The position numbers were made by a program, and so were the translations under genes. This document shows, piece by piece, positions 46,031 to 58,700 of a stretch of DNA of 64,000 bases. The notes under the pieces were generated by a model. That model made no database searches. It worked only from the letters and a program-made list of their open reading frames with translations, and was not told the origin of the DNA. The DNA is from Escherichia coli (lineage in GTDB: Bacteria > Pseudomonadota > Gammaproteobacteria > Enterobacterales > Enterobacteriaceae), in assembly GCF_016026235.1 (NCBI RefSeq), contig NZ_CP065613.1. One strand, 5' to 3'. Within the stretch, counting starts at the first letter, position 1. Each line of letters starts with the position of its first letter.

Positions 46031-48262
46031 AATTCCTAAAGTTGTTTTCTTACGATTTTGTCTCTCTCTAACCCGCATAAATACTGGTAGCATCTGCATT
46101 CAACTGGATAAAATTACAGGGATGCAGAATGAGACACTTTATCTATCAGGACGAAAAATCACATAAATTCTGGGCGGTTGAGCAGCAGGGAAACGAGCTG
46201 CATATCAACTGGGGCAAAGTCGGCACTAACGGGCAAAGCCAGATAAAAAGTTTTGCGGATGCTGCGGCAGCGGCAAAAGCGGAGCTTAAGCTGATCGCAG
46301 AGAAAACGAAAAAAGGCTATGTGGAAAATGCTTCAGCAAACGTGCATATCCCCCCCATTACCAAAGCCACTCCTGAAGTTGAAACTTCCCCTGAGAGTAA
46401 AAACCAACGCCCCTGGCTGGCTGATGATGCGGTCATTCGGCTAACTGACGATATTAATCGATTTGCTTTTCCTCATCGCTCTCGCCCCAGAGAGATCAAT
46501 TATCTGCACAAAGATGGTCAAATATGGCAGCTCATCGCGAATAACACCAGGGCATATGATCCCGCCAACAATTACCGTTCTTATCCAGAAAACTGGCAGC
46601 AGGCTTTTGCTGAGTTACAAATGCGAGTTCAGGGTAATCAACAGACAGGGAGTGCACAATCTGATGCAGCATTGCTCTGGAGTTTCTGGAACTCTTACTC
46701 TGCAGATGAACTGGTCGATGACTTAGTCATTCGCTGTGGTCTGGAAAGTGCCGTTGAAATTGCCCTTCTCGCTCTTCAACTTAGATATAAACCAGTAAAA
46801 GGCGCAGTAACCACCATCATTCCACCTAATCACAAAGCAGAATCGCTGCCGAGTTGGCATCAACGTCTATGTCATCATCTTTCACTCACTTCAGAAGATG
46901 AGTGGCAACGCTGTGTAGATAAAGTACTCGCCGCCATTCCGACGCTATCCCCAGCACGGCAACCTTTTGCGGCGTTACTGCTCCCCGAATGCCCGGATAT
47001 TGCCAATGCTATGGCGCTACGTTATGCAGACCAAAACGTTCCGGCGATGACCTGGTTAAGTATGATGGTAAGCGATGATGTTGCCCTGGCCATCCAGGAA
47101 AAATATGGTTTCCCACCGCTATATAATGATTTCCGCAAATATCTGGCTACGTTGCTGGCAAATAATGGAATGCGTGGTGTAAGCCGGATTCTTCTCAAGC
47201 TACCTGTCGACTATCCCGTAAAATACACGGACCTTTTCACTCACATACACGCCAATGCTGAAGATCTTGTCAAATGGCTATGGAAAACGAATCACCCGGA
47301 TGCGATTCAAATTCTGATCCTCGGTGTAAATGGCAAGAAAAAGCACCTGGAATACTTAAGCAAAGCCTGCCCAAAACATCCCGCTGCGGCTATTGCCGCT
47401 TATGCTACTTTGCTGGCAATACATGAAAATAATGAGTGGCGTAAAGCGCTTGTCAAACTGATTACCGCCACGCCAGAGTTAGTATGCGAGGTCATTCCCT
47501 GGGTTAATGCTAAGGCGGCAGGCATCTTATCTGAATGTCGTCCGCTGCCAGTAGCTGAAGAATGTGAATATGCCACTGTGGATATGTTGCCGGAGCTGCT
47601 TGTCGCTCCACCGTGGGTAATAAATAAGAAAAAGAATGTCATACCCGTATTTGATTTACCGGTACTTCCCATTCCTGCCGTCACGGATATCACACCAGGA
47701 ATTACAGAGTTAATCAGTCATACTGACATATCCAGATTCAGTGAAATTGCGCAATATCAGGCATCACAGCAAACCTTATTTACCGATCTGCCACTAATTG
47801 AAAAAGAAAGCTGGGAGACATCTTTCATTCCTTTTACACCAGAACAACAAATTCTTTGGCAATTAGGTTTTAATGAATGGCTGCATTGCGAAAATGACTT
47901 ACATGAAAAAAAATATATACCGCAAAGCGCTGTTGATGCCTTGTTGCGCTTTGATTTTTCAGCACTAAAAGCTGAGTTTGCGAAATATCACAACAATGCC
48001 AACAAAAGCTGGAATCTATCTGCGCTTTGTTACTTACCGGGACAACAGGCGATCTCATTTCTCAACCAAATAATCATTGAGGAGCGATATTCAGGTGAGA
48101 AAGAGATTCTGGCGGTTTTTGGTAGTACGGCCATTCCTGCGTTTATGACCTGCTTGCAACGAGATCATCAACGCCTGTGGATATTCACCCTTTTTATTGG
48201 AGCCAGTGAACTAGCCTTACCAATGGCGCAGCGGTTACAGAAAAAAATAGCTTACAAGGATG

Positions 48263-49688
48263 TAATGCCAGTCAGTTAAGCAACTGACTGGCTCTTTTTC
48301 GGGGCTGTGGGGTATTTCCAGGGCCTCTCCTTTACCACTCTCGGGAAGGCCCTTCCCCTTCTCGTCGGTAATTTCACAAGTTGTCCCATACTTGCAAGAT
48401 CGCGCATCAGCTCCGGTATACGTCCCGGTGAAGCGCCCTGCAATGTCATCAGCATTCTCATCACCATTCCGCATGATTCTGAGAAACTCAGTTGATTCGG
48501 CCAGTAACCTTTCAGATGTTCCGCCATTTTAATCATCTGATATCTCACCAGATTATAAGCCAGTAAGACACCCTACAGCTCTTGCTCCACAAGCTCCGGC
48601 TTTTTACTTCTCAGCGTCAGCCTGCTCAGTTGCATCGTCTGTTTTATCTCCCTGTATCCCAGTTCGATTTCCCAGCGATGACTGTACAGATCCGCCATTT
48701 CTCCTCCGGGGAAGCGCATGGCGTCCGTCATCGACGTCAGCAGATGGCAGACTTTTCCTTTGCGCGTCACGGTCAGCAGGCGGGCTGTCACTTCATTTCC
48801 CAGTCCCGGCCACTTTTTTCGTGCCTGCGGGCTGGTTTTCAGCTTCACCAGATGATCGCCTTTACCCAGTTTTCTGAGCTCTTCATATTGCGCTCCCTTT
48901 CTGAGAGGTATCATCCAGTGGCGGTGTTCTCCCGCCAGGCTCCAGGCATTTAACAGTCCCAGTGAGTAATAACCTTTATCCATTAACGTCAGAGTGTTAT
49001 CGCCGGTTTGTTCTATAAGTTGCTCAGCAAGCTCATTTTCGCTGTTCTTCATCGTGCCGAAGGCTGCAGCCGTCAGCAGATGGCTGGTCAGTTCCATCTG
49101 GCAGACCATTTTGACCTGCGGGTAGAGCGCCGGGTTCCCGGCATGTGTCTGGCGGGGGAAGGCTGCATCGTTCTCTGGTGTATCCGGTGTGCGCCAGAAC
49201 ACACCATCGATGGCCAGCAGGGTCAGGCCGCACCAGTGCGGATGCGGCGTGGCGTTATGCCAGAGCTGCGCTGTTTTCGTGAACACGCGGCGGACAGCCT
49301 CACTTCCCAGGCGCTGGCGGGCCTGAATAACGGCACTGGGGGCAACGAAGGGGCGATTGCCCGGCAGCATGATGTCCAGGCGATTCACAATCTGGTGAAG
49401 AGGTTCTTTACGCTCAAGCGCCATGCCAACAATACACCAGACCATCATTTCGAGGGGAAGACGGCGCTTGCGTAGCGTTACAGTACCTGATTCGGCAAGG
49501 CAACGAGAGATGAGTTCGGGGTCGAGGTAATCCCCCAGAGAAGTCAGTGGGTTACGCAGAGAATCGTAACGGGATACCAGATCAAGAGCCTGTCCAATGT
49601 GCATAAAAAAATCCGGAAACAAGTGAGCGTTTCCGGATTCTTACACAGCCACTGGATCGGTCAACTGATCCTTAACTGATCGGCATTA
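48263..49688 (-). mobile_element. IS4, copy 2 (1426 bp)
   Basis: Same ends as copy 1; 12-bp target site duplication CTTACAAGGATG at 48251-48262 and 49689-49700. Confidence 0.9.
48276..49604 (-). pseudogene. insG: IS4 transposase with premature amber codon
   Basis: Single C-to-T difference at 48574 relative to copy 1 (13593) changes TGG (Trp) to TAG at 48573-48575; the ORF track shows the split 349 aa + 90 aa. Confidence 0.85.
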
Positions 49689-52600
49689 CTTACAAGGATG
49701 CCGTTAATTGGCTGGCAAATAACCCGCGCCATGCCGCCGCTGGGCTACTGCCTTTGGCGCTGGGCAAACCGTGCCAAAATCGGGAATATGCCCGCCAGGC
49801 ACTCCTCCTGCTAGTGAAATTAAACCAGCGAGAAACGATTGAGGAAATCGCCCAAGGATATAATCAACCTGATGTTTTAGCTGCGCTGGCAACATTATTT
49901 GATAGCGACCCACTGGAAGAATATCCTGCAAAAATCGCCCCACTGCCCGGCTTTTATCAGTTCCCCTTATGGCGCAGACCTCGGCTTAAAAGTAACAACC
50001 TGCCTCTGCCAGATGACGCTATGCGCCACCTCGGCACAATGTTGAGCTTTCCACGCGACATTACCTCCTACGCTGGGCTGGCGATCATCAAAGAGACCTT
50101 CACCCGCGAATCACTGGCTGACTTTGGCTGGGATCTCTACACGGCATGGACAGAAGCAGGCGCACCCGCAAAAGAGAACTGGGCATTTACCTCGCTGGGG
50201 ATTCTAGGCAATGACGACACCGCGCGTAAACTAACCCCGCTCATCCGCGCCTGGCCGGGTGAATCCCAGCATAAACGCGCGGTTTACGGGCTGGATGTGT
50301 TAGCCAGTATCGGTAGCGACATTGCGCTTATGTTGCTTAATGGCATTGCGCAAAAGATTAAATTCGTTGCATTACAGGAACATGCCAGCGACAGAATCAA
50401 TATGGTCGCCGAAAATCGCGGACTGACAATGGCCGAACTGGAAGATCGCCTGGCACCGGATTTAGGGCTTGATAGCAGTGGCTCGCTGACACTGGATTTC
50501 GGCCCACGTCAATTTACCGTTGGTTTTGACGAAACTTTAAAACCTGTAGTGCGCGACGCAAACGGCAAAGTCCTGAAAGATTTGCCCAAACCAAACCAGA
50601 GCGATGAAAAAACTCAGGCAACTGACGCGGTTAATCTCTTCAAACAGTTGAAAAAAGATGTACGCGCCATAGCCAGCCAGCAGATTGATCGTCTGGAACA
50701 GGCTATGTGCCAGCGCAGACGCTGGACGGCAGAGCAGTTCCGCCTGTTTCTGGTGGAGCATCCGCTGGTACGTCACTTAACCCGACGGCTGTTATGGGGG
50801 GTTTATAACGATGAAAACGCCCTTATCACCTGTTTTCGCGTGGCAGAAGACAGCACTTACAGCGATGCGCAGGATGAGTTATTCACGCTGCCAGCAGGAA
50901 ACATCGGTATACCGCATGTGCTGGAAATCCCCCCTGAATCCGCCGCTGCATTCAGGCAAATTTACGTTGATTACGAACTGCTTCCCCCTTTCCAACAGCT
51001 CGAACGTGGTAGTTACCACCTTGCTGATAACGAACGTAATGTCCATGAATTGTCACGCTGGGACGGACGTCTCTGCCAGGCCGGACGCATTGTCGGGCTG
51101 GAACGCAGAGGCTGGCAACGTCTGGAAGAAAGCGGCAGCGTCTATGCGATGCGCAAATCTACCCCTTATGGTGCTCTCGAACTTGAAACAGAACCTTTTT
51201 CATTAATTTATGGCGAAACGGGGTATAGCGACCTGCTGCCTGTCGAAAGCGTAAAAATCACCGCCCCTTATGATCGCTATGGTAAACAATCCTCACCCAC
51301 TTTCTCCGTGCTCGACGACATCACCGCCAGCGAGCTGATTAACGACATTGAATCACTGTTTGATTAAAAGGATTTAACAATGAAAACCTATATTTATCAG
51401 GACGAAAAATCACATAAATTCTGGGCGGTGGAGCAGCAGAGAAACGAGCTGCATATCAACTGGGGCAAAGTCGGCACTAACGGGCAAAGTCAGGTAAAAA
51501 GCTTTGCTGATGCTGCGGCGGCAGAAAAAGCGGAACTGAAGCTGATTGCGGAGAAGGTGAAGAAGGGGTATGTGGAGCAAGTAGACGCTAACGCTCACTC
51601 ACATGATGCCTCAGCAAAGAAAGTCCTAGTCACAGAGGAAAAAGCCTCAATAAATCACCAGGCAGCAACTAATGGTTTACCCTGGCTGGCAGACAACGAT
51701 CCCATTATTCTTCCCCCGAATATTGCCCGCCATGCCCTCAGCCACCGCCTTTGGCCGGGAGAGCCAGTAAAAAAACCAACCAAACCCGAGAAACAAAATT
51801 TAATTTCCCGATTGGCAAATCGTACTTATCATTATTATAAAAATCTGACTTTCGATTACAGCTCATGCTCTGATGAATGGGCTGATGCGATTAGCCAGGC
51901 AATCAGCTTAATTAAGGCCCAAAAGACTGAGATACCCGCGCGTACTATGGCGGTACTTACTTTTCTGGAAATATGTTTTTGTCAGGGCTGGAATGATGAA
52001 ACCTCATCCGAGTTGCTGGATGAAATTGTAAGCACCTTCGGTATCGAATACGCAACTGAAACTGTCATCTTCTGGTGGCAAATTGATTTCGATTTTGACT
52101 ATAAAGATGAACATTTGACTTTCTTTATTAATTATGCAGATAGCAGCAAGGACAGTTATAGAAGGAATAACGACAAATTTAGTTTACGTCTGCGTAAACA
52201 TTTATCACTAGCAGAAGAAGAAGTATGGCAAAATTGCATTGCAAAATTACTCGTTGCGTTACCAGATATATCACTCTATCGCCAACCGTTAATTGCCATT
52301 TTAATGCCAGAAATACCCGAAGTGGCCCATGAGATCGTACATCGTTTACACCAGGTCGCAGATGTTCCACAACTTGAAATGTTGAAACTGGTAGCGACAG
52401 ATCCATTCACGCTCGAAATACTGGAGAACTATCAATACATTGATGTATTTAACACCTATGGTGCCAGTTGGTCAGCTACGGTATTACGGGAACAAGGTAT
52501 AGCGGCACTGGCTCGCCTGGCTTCCTATGCTGAAGAAGATAATTGCGGTGACGTACTGAAATGTATTAATCATCCGTTGGCCATTACGGCACTCATCGAA

Positions 52601-52951
52601 GCCGCCGATACTAATAAACGCTGTTATGAACGACTAATAAAAAGTGCCGAAAATTTTCCTTCTGCCACGATAGCGGCATTAGCCGAAGCATTGGTAAAAA
52701 AAGATGATAAACGCAAACATACGTTGCTGGTTTCATTACTTAATGCAAATCCTTTATTGGTCGAAAAATTAGTCATCGGATTATCGTCGCAAGCGGCAAA
52801 TTTATTGCAACAATGTCAGCAATTGCTGAATAGTCGCAATGAAGATTTTGCAAACTCAGAAATTCTACCAATGGTACTAGTCTCGCCGCCCTGGGAAACT
52901 CAAAATAAAAATAACGACAACAGTCCTGTGGGTAAATACCCGGCGAAAATC

Positions 52952-54246
52952 CCTGAGGGATCCCCAGAAAATTTAGTAAACCATTATCATATTGGTATAC
53001 CGTTGCTGTAGAACTTTCAGCCCTGCGTCAAGTGACAGTGTGTTTAGTATGAGTGGAGAATGTCGAATCACATTCTCCGCCAGTTTTAATAACGAGATGA
53101 CTCGCCTGTGCTTCACTGTATTTGCCTGATATTTATGATGTATCCCTTTGTTTTCCAGGCTGAAACCGCTTAACCACATAATGATACTGGCTAATGTTGC
53201 GATCAGACTCAATACCGTGACCCGCCCGGATGAATGACTGGCACCAAACCGTAGTCCAAATCCCCAGCGAGGATTTTTTTCATCCCTGAAATTTTGCTCA
53301 ATTTGCATTCTACGGCTGTATAATTTCATTACCTGTTTTGGCGAGAACTCAGTACTGTTTGTGAAAATAAACCATGGTGATTTCCCGGCAGTACGAGCTT
53401 TAGCCGTCACCGATGGTCTGGTTGCTCTTTCCTTCGAGCGTTTAAATCTACGACCTTTAGGCTTACTTTTATAAAGATAAAAATGCCCTTCATGTTGTGC
53501 ATTTTTATCTCGACCCAGCAGGCCTTCACCTAAATAAATTGCTGTCGTTGATGCTTTTGTGCCTGAGTCCGACACCTTTTCCCAGCCATTACCAACATTG
53601 TAATAATGATTGCCCAGTACCCGGCAAATATAGGTCCAGCCACGGGAGCGGAGCTGTTGGAACCATCGCCCCTGAAAACCGGCATCTGTAATAACAATGA
53701 CATCAGTCCCGGGGGAAAAGCACTCAGCAAGCGATTCCAGAAAACGCTCATGTACATCTGCATTCGCTGTCTGTGATGATGGAACGACACAACTCATCAA
53801 CGGTAAAGAACGCCCGTCACATGCCAGGCTTGCCCGCAAAAGCTGAAAACGAGAGGCATGATAAGCACTCCAGTCAATGAGTATCACAACACGAGACATT
53901 CCCCGCGTAATCTTTTGGGTAATTCGCTGAAAAATGGTGGAAACCTCATTTTGCAAATGTCGATTCCCCAACAGTCGATCCACCCGCTTTATTTTGTTTT
54001 TAACTGATGCCGTACCGGTTAAATGACGCCCGATACTGGTAAGTGTGAGGGAAGCGCCATTTATTACAGCATTAGTTGCGTCAATCAGTGATTTTTGACG
54101 GTAAAGATGCAAAGGGGCCAGTATGTTGTTAAGGAAATTTTGGCATAATGAACGTGCAGGCATAGTGGTGATCTCCTTGAAATTGTTAGCACAATCAATT
54201 AGATCACATCTCACTATGCCTGTCTTGTTTTCTGGGGATTCCTCAG
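52952..54246 (-). mobile_element. IS10-like IS4-family insertion sequence, copy 3 (1295 bp, inverted)
   Basis: Same TIRs; 9-bp target site duplication GCGAAAATC at 52943-52951 and 54247-54255. Confidence 0.85.
52973..54214 (-). CDS. IS4-family (IS10-like) DDE transposase
   Basis: Same protein as copies 1 and 2; ORF-track entry 52973-54301 is extended N-terminally past the IS end, so it is trimmed to the position equivalent to the copy 1 start. Confidence 0.8.
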   Translation of the reverse strand: MRCDLIDCANNFKEITTMPARSLCQNFLNNILAPLHLYRQKSLIDATNAVINGASLTLTSIGRHLTGTASVKNKIKRVDRLLGNRHLQNEVSTIFQRITQKITRGMSRVVILIDWSAYHASRFQLLRASLACDGRSLPLMSCVVPSSQTANADVHERFLESLAECFSPGTDVIVITDAGFQGRWFQQLRSRGWTYICRVLGNHYYNVGNGWEKVSDSGTKASTTAIYLGEGLLGRDKNAQHEGHFYLYKSKPKGRRFKRSKERATRPSVTAKARTAGKSPWFIFTNSTEFSPKQVMKLYSRRMQIEQNFRDEKNPRWGFGLRFGASHSSGRVTVLSLIATLASIIMWLSGFSLENKGIHHKYQANTVKHRRVISLLKLAENVIRHSPLILNTLSLDAGLKVLQQRYTNMIMVY

Positions 54247-55725
54247 GCGAAAATCCCCCCTTTACCGTTGTTTTATCAACCTCCATTATGGACTCGCCCA
54301 AAACTCAAAAATAGCAGCAAGGTACTGCCAGATAACGCCCTCCTCCACCTCGGTGAAATGCTCCGCTTCCCTCAGGAAGAGGCCCTGTATCCGGGATTAT
54401 TGCAGGTGAAAGATGCCTGTACCGCCGACTCACTGGCTGAATTTGCCTGGGATCTGTTTACCGCCTGGCTGACTGCGGGCGCACCGTCGAAAGAGAGTTG
54501 GGCGTTCACTGCGTTAGGCGTTCTTGGTAACGATGACACCGCCCGCAAACTGACGCCATTAATACGCGCCTGGCCTGGTGAATCCCAGCATAAACGCGCC
54601 ACCGTTGGGTTGGATATTCTCGCCGCTATCGGTAGTGATATCGCCCTGATGCAGCTTAACGGTATTGCCCAGAAACTGAAATTCAAAGCATTACAGGAGC
54701 GGGCAAAAGAAAAAATTGCCGACATTGCCGAAAGCCGCGAACTCACGGTGGCAGAGCTTGAAGATCGGTTAGCACCGGATCTCGGTCTGGATGATAACGG
54801 TTCGTTGCTGCTGGATTTCGGCTCACGCCAGTTCACCGTCAGCTTTGATGAAACCTTAAAACCGTTTGTGCGTGATGTTTCTGGCAGCCGTCTGAAAGAC
54901 CTGCCCAAACCAAACAAAAGCGATGATGAATCACAGGCGAACGATGCTGTTAACCGCTACAAACTGCTGAAAAAAGATGCGCGTACCGTCGCCGCCCAGC
55001 AGGTAGCAAGGCTGGAATCCGCCATGTGCCTGCGTCGCCGCTGGTCACCGGAAAACTTTCAGCTCTTCCTGGTTGAGCATCCGCTAGTTCGCCACTTAAC
55101 CCGCCGTCTGATTTGGGGCGTTTATAGCGCCGAAAACCAGCTACTGGCCTGTTTCCGGGTAGCGGAAGATAACAGCTACAGCACCGCTGACGATGATCTT
55201 TTCACCCTGCCGGAAGGCGATATCTCTGTTGGTATTCCTCACGTTCTGGAAATATCACCGACGGATGCCGCCGCATTTGGGCAGCTTTTTGCCGACTACG
55301 AACTGCTACCGCCGTTCCGCCAACTCGACCGTAACAGTTACGCCCTGACAGAAACCGAGCGCAATGCCAGCGAACTGACCCGCTGGGCAGGCAGAAAATG
55401 CCCGAGCGGTCGGGTAATGGGGCTGGCGAATAAAGGCTGGATAAAGGGCGAACCACAGGATGGAGGCTGGATCGGCTGGATGATCAAACCTCTGGGCCGC
55501 TGGTCGTTAATCATGGAAATCGATGAAGGCTTTGCGGTAGGCATGTCGCCAGCCGAACTGAGTGCCGAGCAACTCTTAAGCAAGCTGTGGCTATGGGAAG
55601 GCAAAGCGGAAAGCTATGGCTGGGGGAGTAATTCAACACAGGAAGCGCAGCTCTCCGTACTCGATGCCATCACCGCCAGCGAGCTAATTAACGATATTGA
55701 AGCCCTGTTTGAATAAGGAAAGAGC

Positions 55726-58700
55726 ATGGACAAGGAATTACCGTGGCTGGCTGATAACGCCCAACTGGAACTGAAATATAAAAAGGGTAAAACACCACTC
55801 AGCCATCGCAATTGGCCGGGCGAACCAGTGCCTGTTATCACTGAAAGCATCATTCAGACACTGGGTGATGAATTGCTACAAAAAGCTGAGAAGAAAAAAA
55901 ACATTGTCTGGCGTTATGAAAATTTTTTACTGGAGTGGCAGTCCGCCATCACGCAGGCCATCAACTTGATCGGCGAACACAAACCCTCAATCCCAGCCCG
56001 GACAATGGCGGCGCTAGCCTGTATCGCGCAAAATGACAGCCAACAGTTGCTCGACGAAATCGTCCAACAAGAGGGGCTGGAATATGCGACGGATGTAGTG
56101 ATGGCGCGTCAGTGCATTGCGCGGCGTTATGAGAGTGATTCACTGGTCGTCACTTTGCAGTATCAGGACGAGGACTATGGCTACGGTTATGGCTCCGCGA
56201 CCTATAACGATTTCGATCTCCGTTTGCGTAAGCATCTGTCGCTGGCAGAGGAAAGTTGCTGGCAGCGTTGTGCCGATAAACTCATTGCCGCACTGCCAGG
56301 AATACCCAAAATTCGCCGTCCTTTTATTGCGCTGATCCTCCCGGAAAAGCCTGAAATAGCCAATGAACTCGCCAGTCTTGAAAGCTCCCGGTCAAGTCTC
56401 CATTCAAAGGAGTGGTTAAAGGTCGTTGCTACTGATAATACGGCGGTAAAAAAACTCGAACGATACTGGGGCCTGGACGTATTTAGCGATCGCGAAGCCA
56501 GCTACATGTCACAAAAAAACCACTTCGGCTACGCGGCCTGCGCCGCCCTTTTGCGCGAACAAGGACTGGCAGCCATTCCGCGCCTCGCGATGTATGCCCA
56601 TAAAGAAGATTGCGGCAGTCTGTTGGTACAAATTAACCATCCGCAGGTCATCCACACCTTGCTACTGGTGGCTGATAAAAACAAACCCAGCCTGCAACGT
56701 GTGGCTAAATACAGTAAAAACTTCCCCCACGCGACGCTCGCGGCACTGGCAGAACTGCTGGCGTTAAAAGAACCACCAGCCCGCCCTGGTTATCCAATCA
56801 TCGAAGACAAAAAGCTGCCTGCCCAGCAAAAAGCACGCGATGAATACTGGCGTACGCTGTTACAAACGCTGATGGCATCGCAGCCACAACTGGCAGAAGA
56901 GGTGATGCAGTGGTTAAGTACTCAAGCCCGGGCAGTACTGAATAGTTATTTATTGGCACCGCCCAAACCGGTTATTGATGGCACCGATAACAGCAATCTG
57001 CCTGAAATCCTCGTTTCACCACCGTGGCGTAGTAAGAAAAAAATGACAGCTCCACGTCTTGATTTGGCACCGCTCGAATTAACCCCGCAAGTTTACTGGC
57101 AACCAGGCGAACAAGAGAGGCTTGCCTCCACTGAGTCTGCCCGTTATTTCAGCACGGAATCTCTTGCGGAACGCATGGAACAAAAAAGTGGGCGAGTTGT
57201 ATTACAGGAACTGGGTTTTGGGGATGATGTATGGCTGTTTCTGAATTATATACTCCCCGGAAAACTGGATGCTGCACGCAATTCACTCATTGTTCAGTGG
57301 CATTACTACCAGGGGCGGGTTGAAGAGATCCTGAATGGCTGGAACTCCCCGGAAGCACAATTAGCAGAACAGGCGCTCCGCAGCGGTCACATAGAAGCGT
57401 TAATTAACATATGGGAAAATGACAACTACTCACGTTATCGTCCGGAAAAGAGTGTCTGGAACCTGTATTTATTGGCACAGTTGCCGCGTGAGATGGCTTT
57501 GACCTTCTGGCTGCGTATCAATGAGAAAAAACATCTGTTCGCGGGTGAGGACTATTTTCTTAGTATCCTCGGGTTGGATGCGCTACCAGGTCTGATGTTG
57601 GCTTTTTCACATCGTACAAAAGAAACATTTCCGTTAATTTTAAATTTTGGCGCAACAGAACTGGCCCTGCCCGTTGCCCGCGTCTGGCGACGTTTCGCGG
57701 TGCAGCGTGATCTGGCTCGCCAGTGGATTTTACATTGGCCGGAACATACGGCTACTGCACTTATCCCTCTTGTCTTCACCAAATCCAGCGATAATAGCGA
57801 AGCTGCATTACTTGCCCTGCGTTTACTTTACGAACATGGGCATGGCGAATTGCTACAAACTGTAGCCAATCGTTGGCAGCGTAAAGATGTATGGCCTGCC
57901 CTGGAACAATTACTGAAACAGGGTCCAATGGACATTTACCCGGCACGCATTCCAAAAGCCCCTGATTTCTGGCATCCGGCAATGTGGTCCAGGCCTCGAC
58001 TTATCACTAATAATCAGCCTGTTACCGATGACGCTCTGGAAATTATCGGCGAAATGCTGCGCTTTACCCAGGGGGGACGTTTTTATAGCGGGCTGGAACA
58101 ACTGAAAACGTTTTGCCAGCCACAAACGCTGGCCGCTTTTGCCTGGGATCTCTTCACTGCGTGGCAACAAGCTGGTGCCCCCGCAAAAGACAACTGGGCA
58201 TTTCTGGCGTTAAGTCTCTTTGGTGACGAAAGCACGGCTCGGGATCTGACGACACAGATCCTCGCCTGGCCACAAGAAGGCAAATCTGCCCGTGCTGTCA
58301 TTGGTCTGAATATACTTACCTTGATGAATAATGATATGGCGCTGATACAGCTGCATCATGTATCACAACGGGCGAAATCCTCTTCATTACGTGAAAACGC
58401 AGCGGAATTTCTTCAGGTGGTCGCAGAAAATCGCGGGCTAAGCCAGGAAGAGTTAGCGGACAGATTAGTCCCAACACTGGGTCTTGATGATCCGCAGGCG
58501 TTGATTTTTGATTTTGGTCCCCGGCAGTTTACCGTTCGCTTCGATGAAAACCTCAACCCGGTTATCTTTGATCAGCAAAACGTTCGCCAGAAAAGCGTTC
58601 CCCGGTTGCGCGCCGATGACGATCAACTGAAAGCGCCCGAGGCACTGGCCCGACTAAAAGGGCTAAAAAAAGATGCTACTCAGGTGAGCAAAAACCTGCT

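Larger units (their letters stand above)
46129..51367 (+). pseudogene. molR: MolR-like giant WGR/DUF4132-type gene (paralog A, ~1266 codons), split by IS4
   Basis: N-terminal WGR-like motif (HKFWAVEQQGNELHINWGKVGTNGQ); segments 46129-48262 and 49701-51367 join in frame when IS4 and one TSD copy are removed. Confidence 0.75.
51380..55716 (+). pseudogene. Second giant WGR/DUF4132-type gene (paralog B, ~1010 codons), split by the IS10-like element
   Basis: N-terminus MKTYIYQDEKSHKFWAVEQQRNELHINWGKVGTNGQ nearly identical to paralog A; segments 51380-52951 and 54256-55716 join in frame when the IS and one TSD copy are removed. Confidence 0.75.

Noticed and set aside
52973-54301. 442-aa version of the IS10-like transposase in copy 3
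   Set aside because: The extra 29 N-terminal codons extend beyond the IS terminus into the disrupted host gene; extension is an artefact of the insertion context
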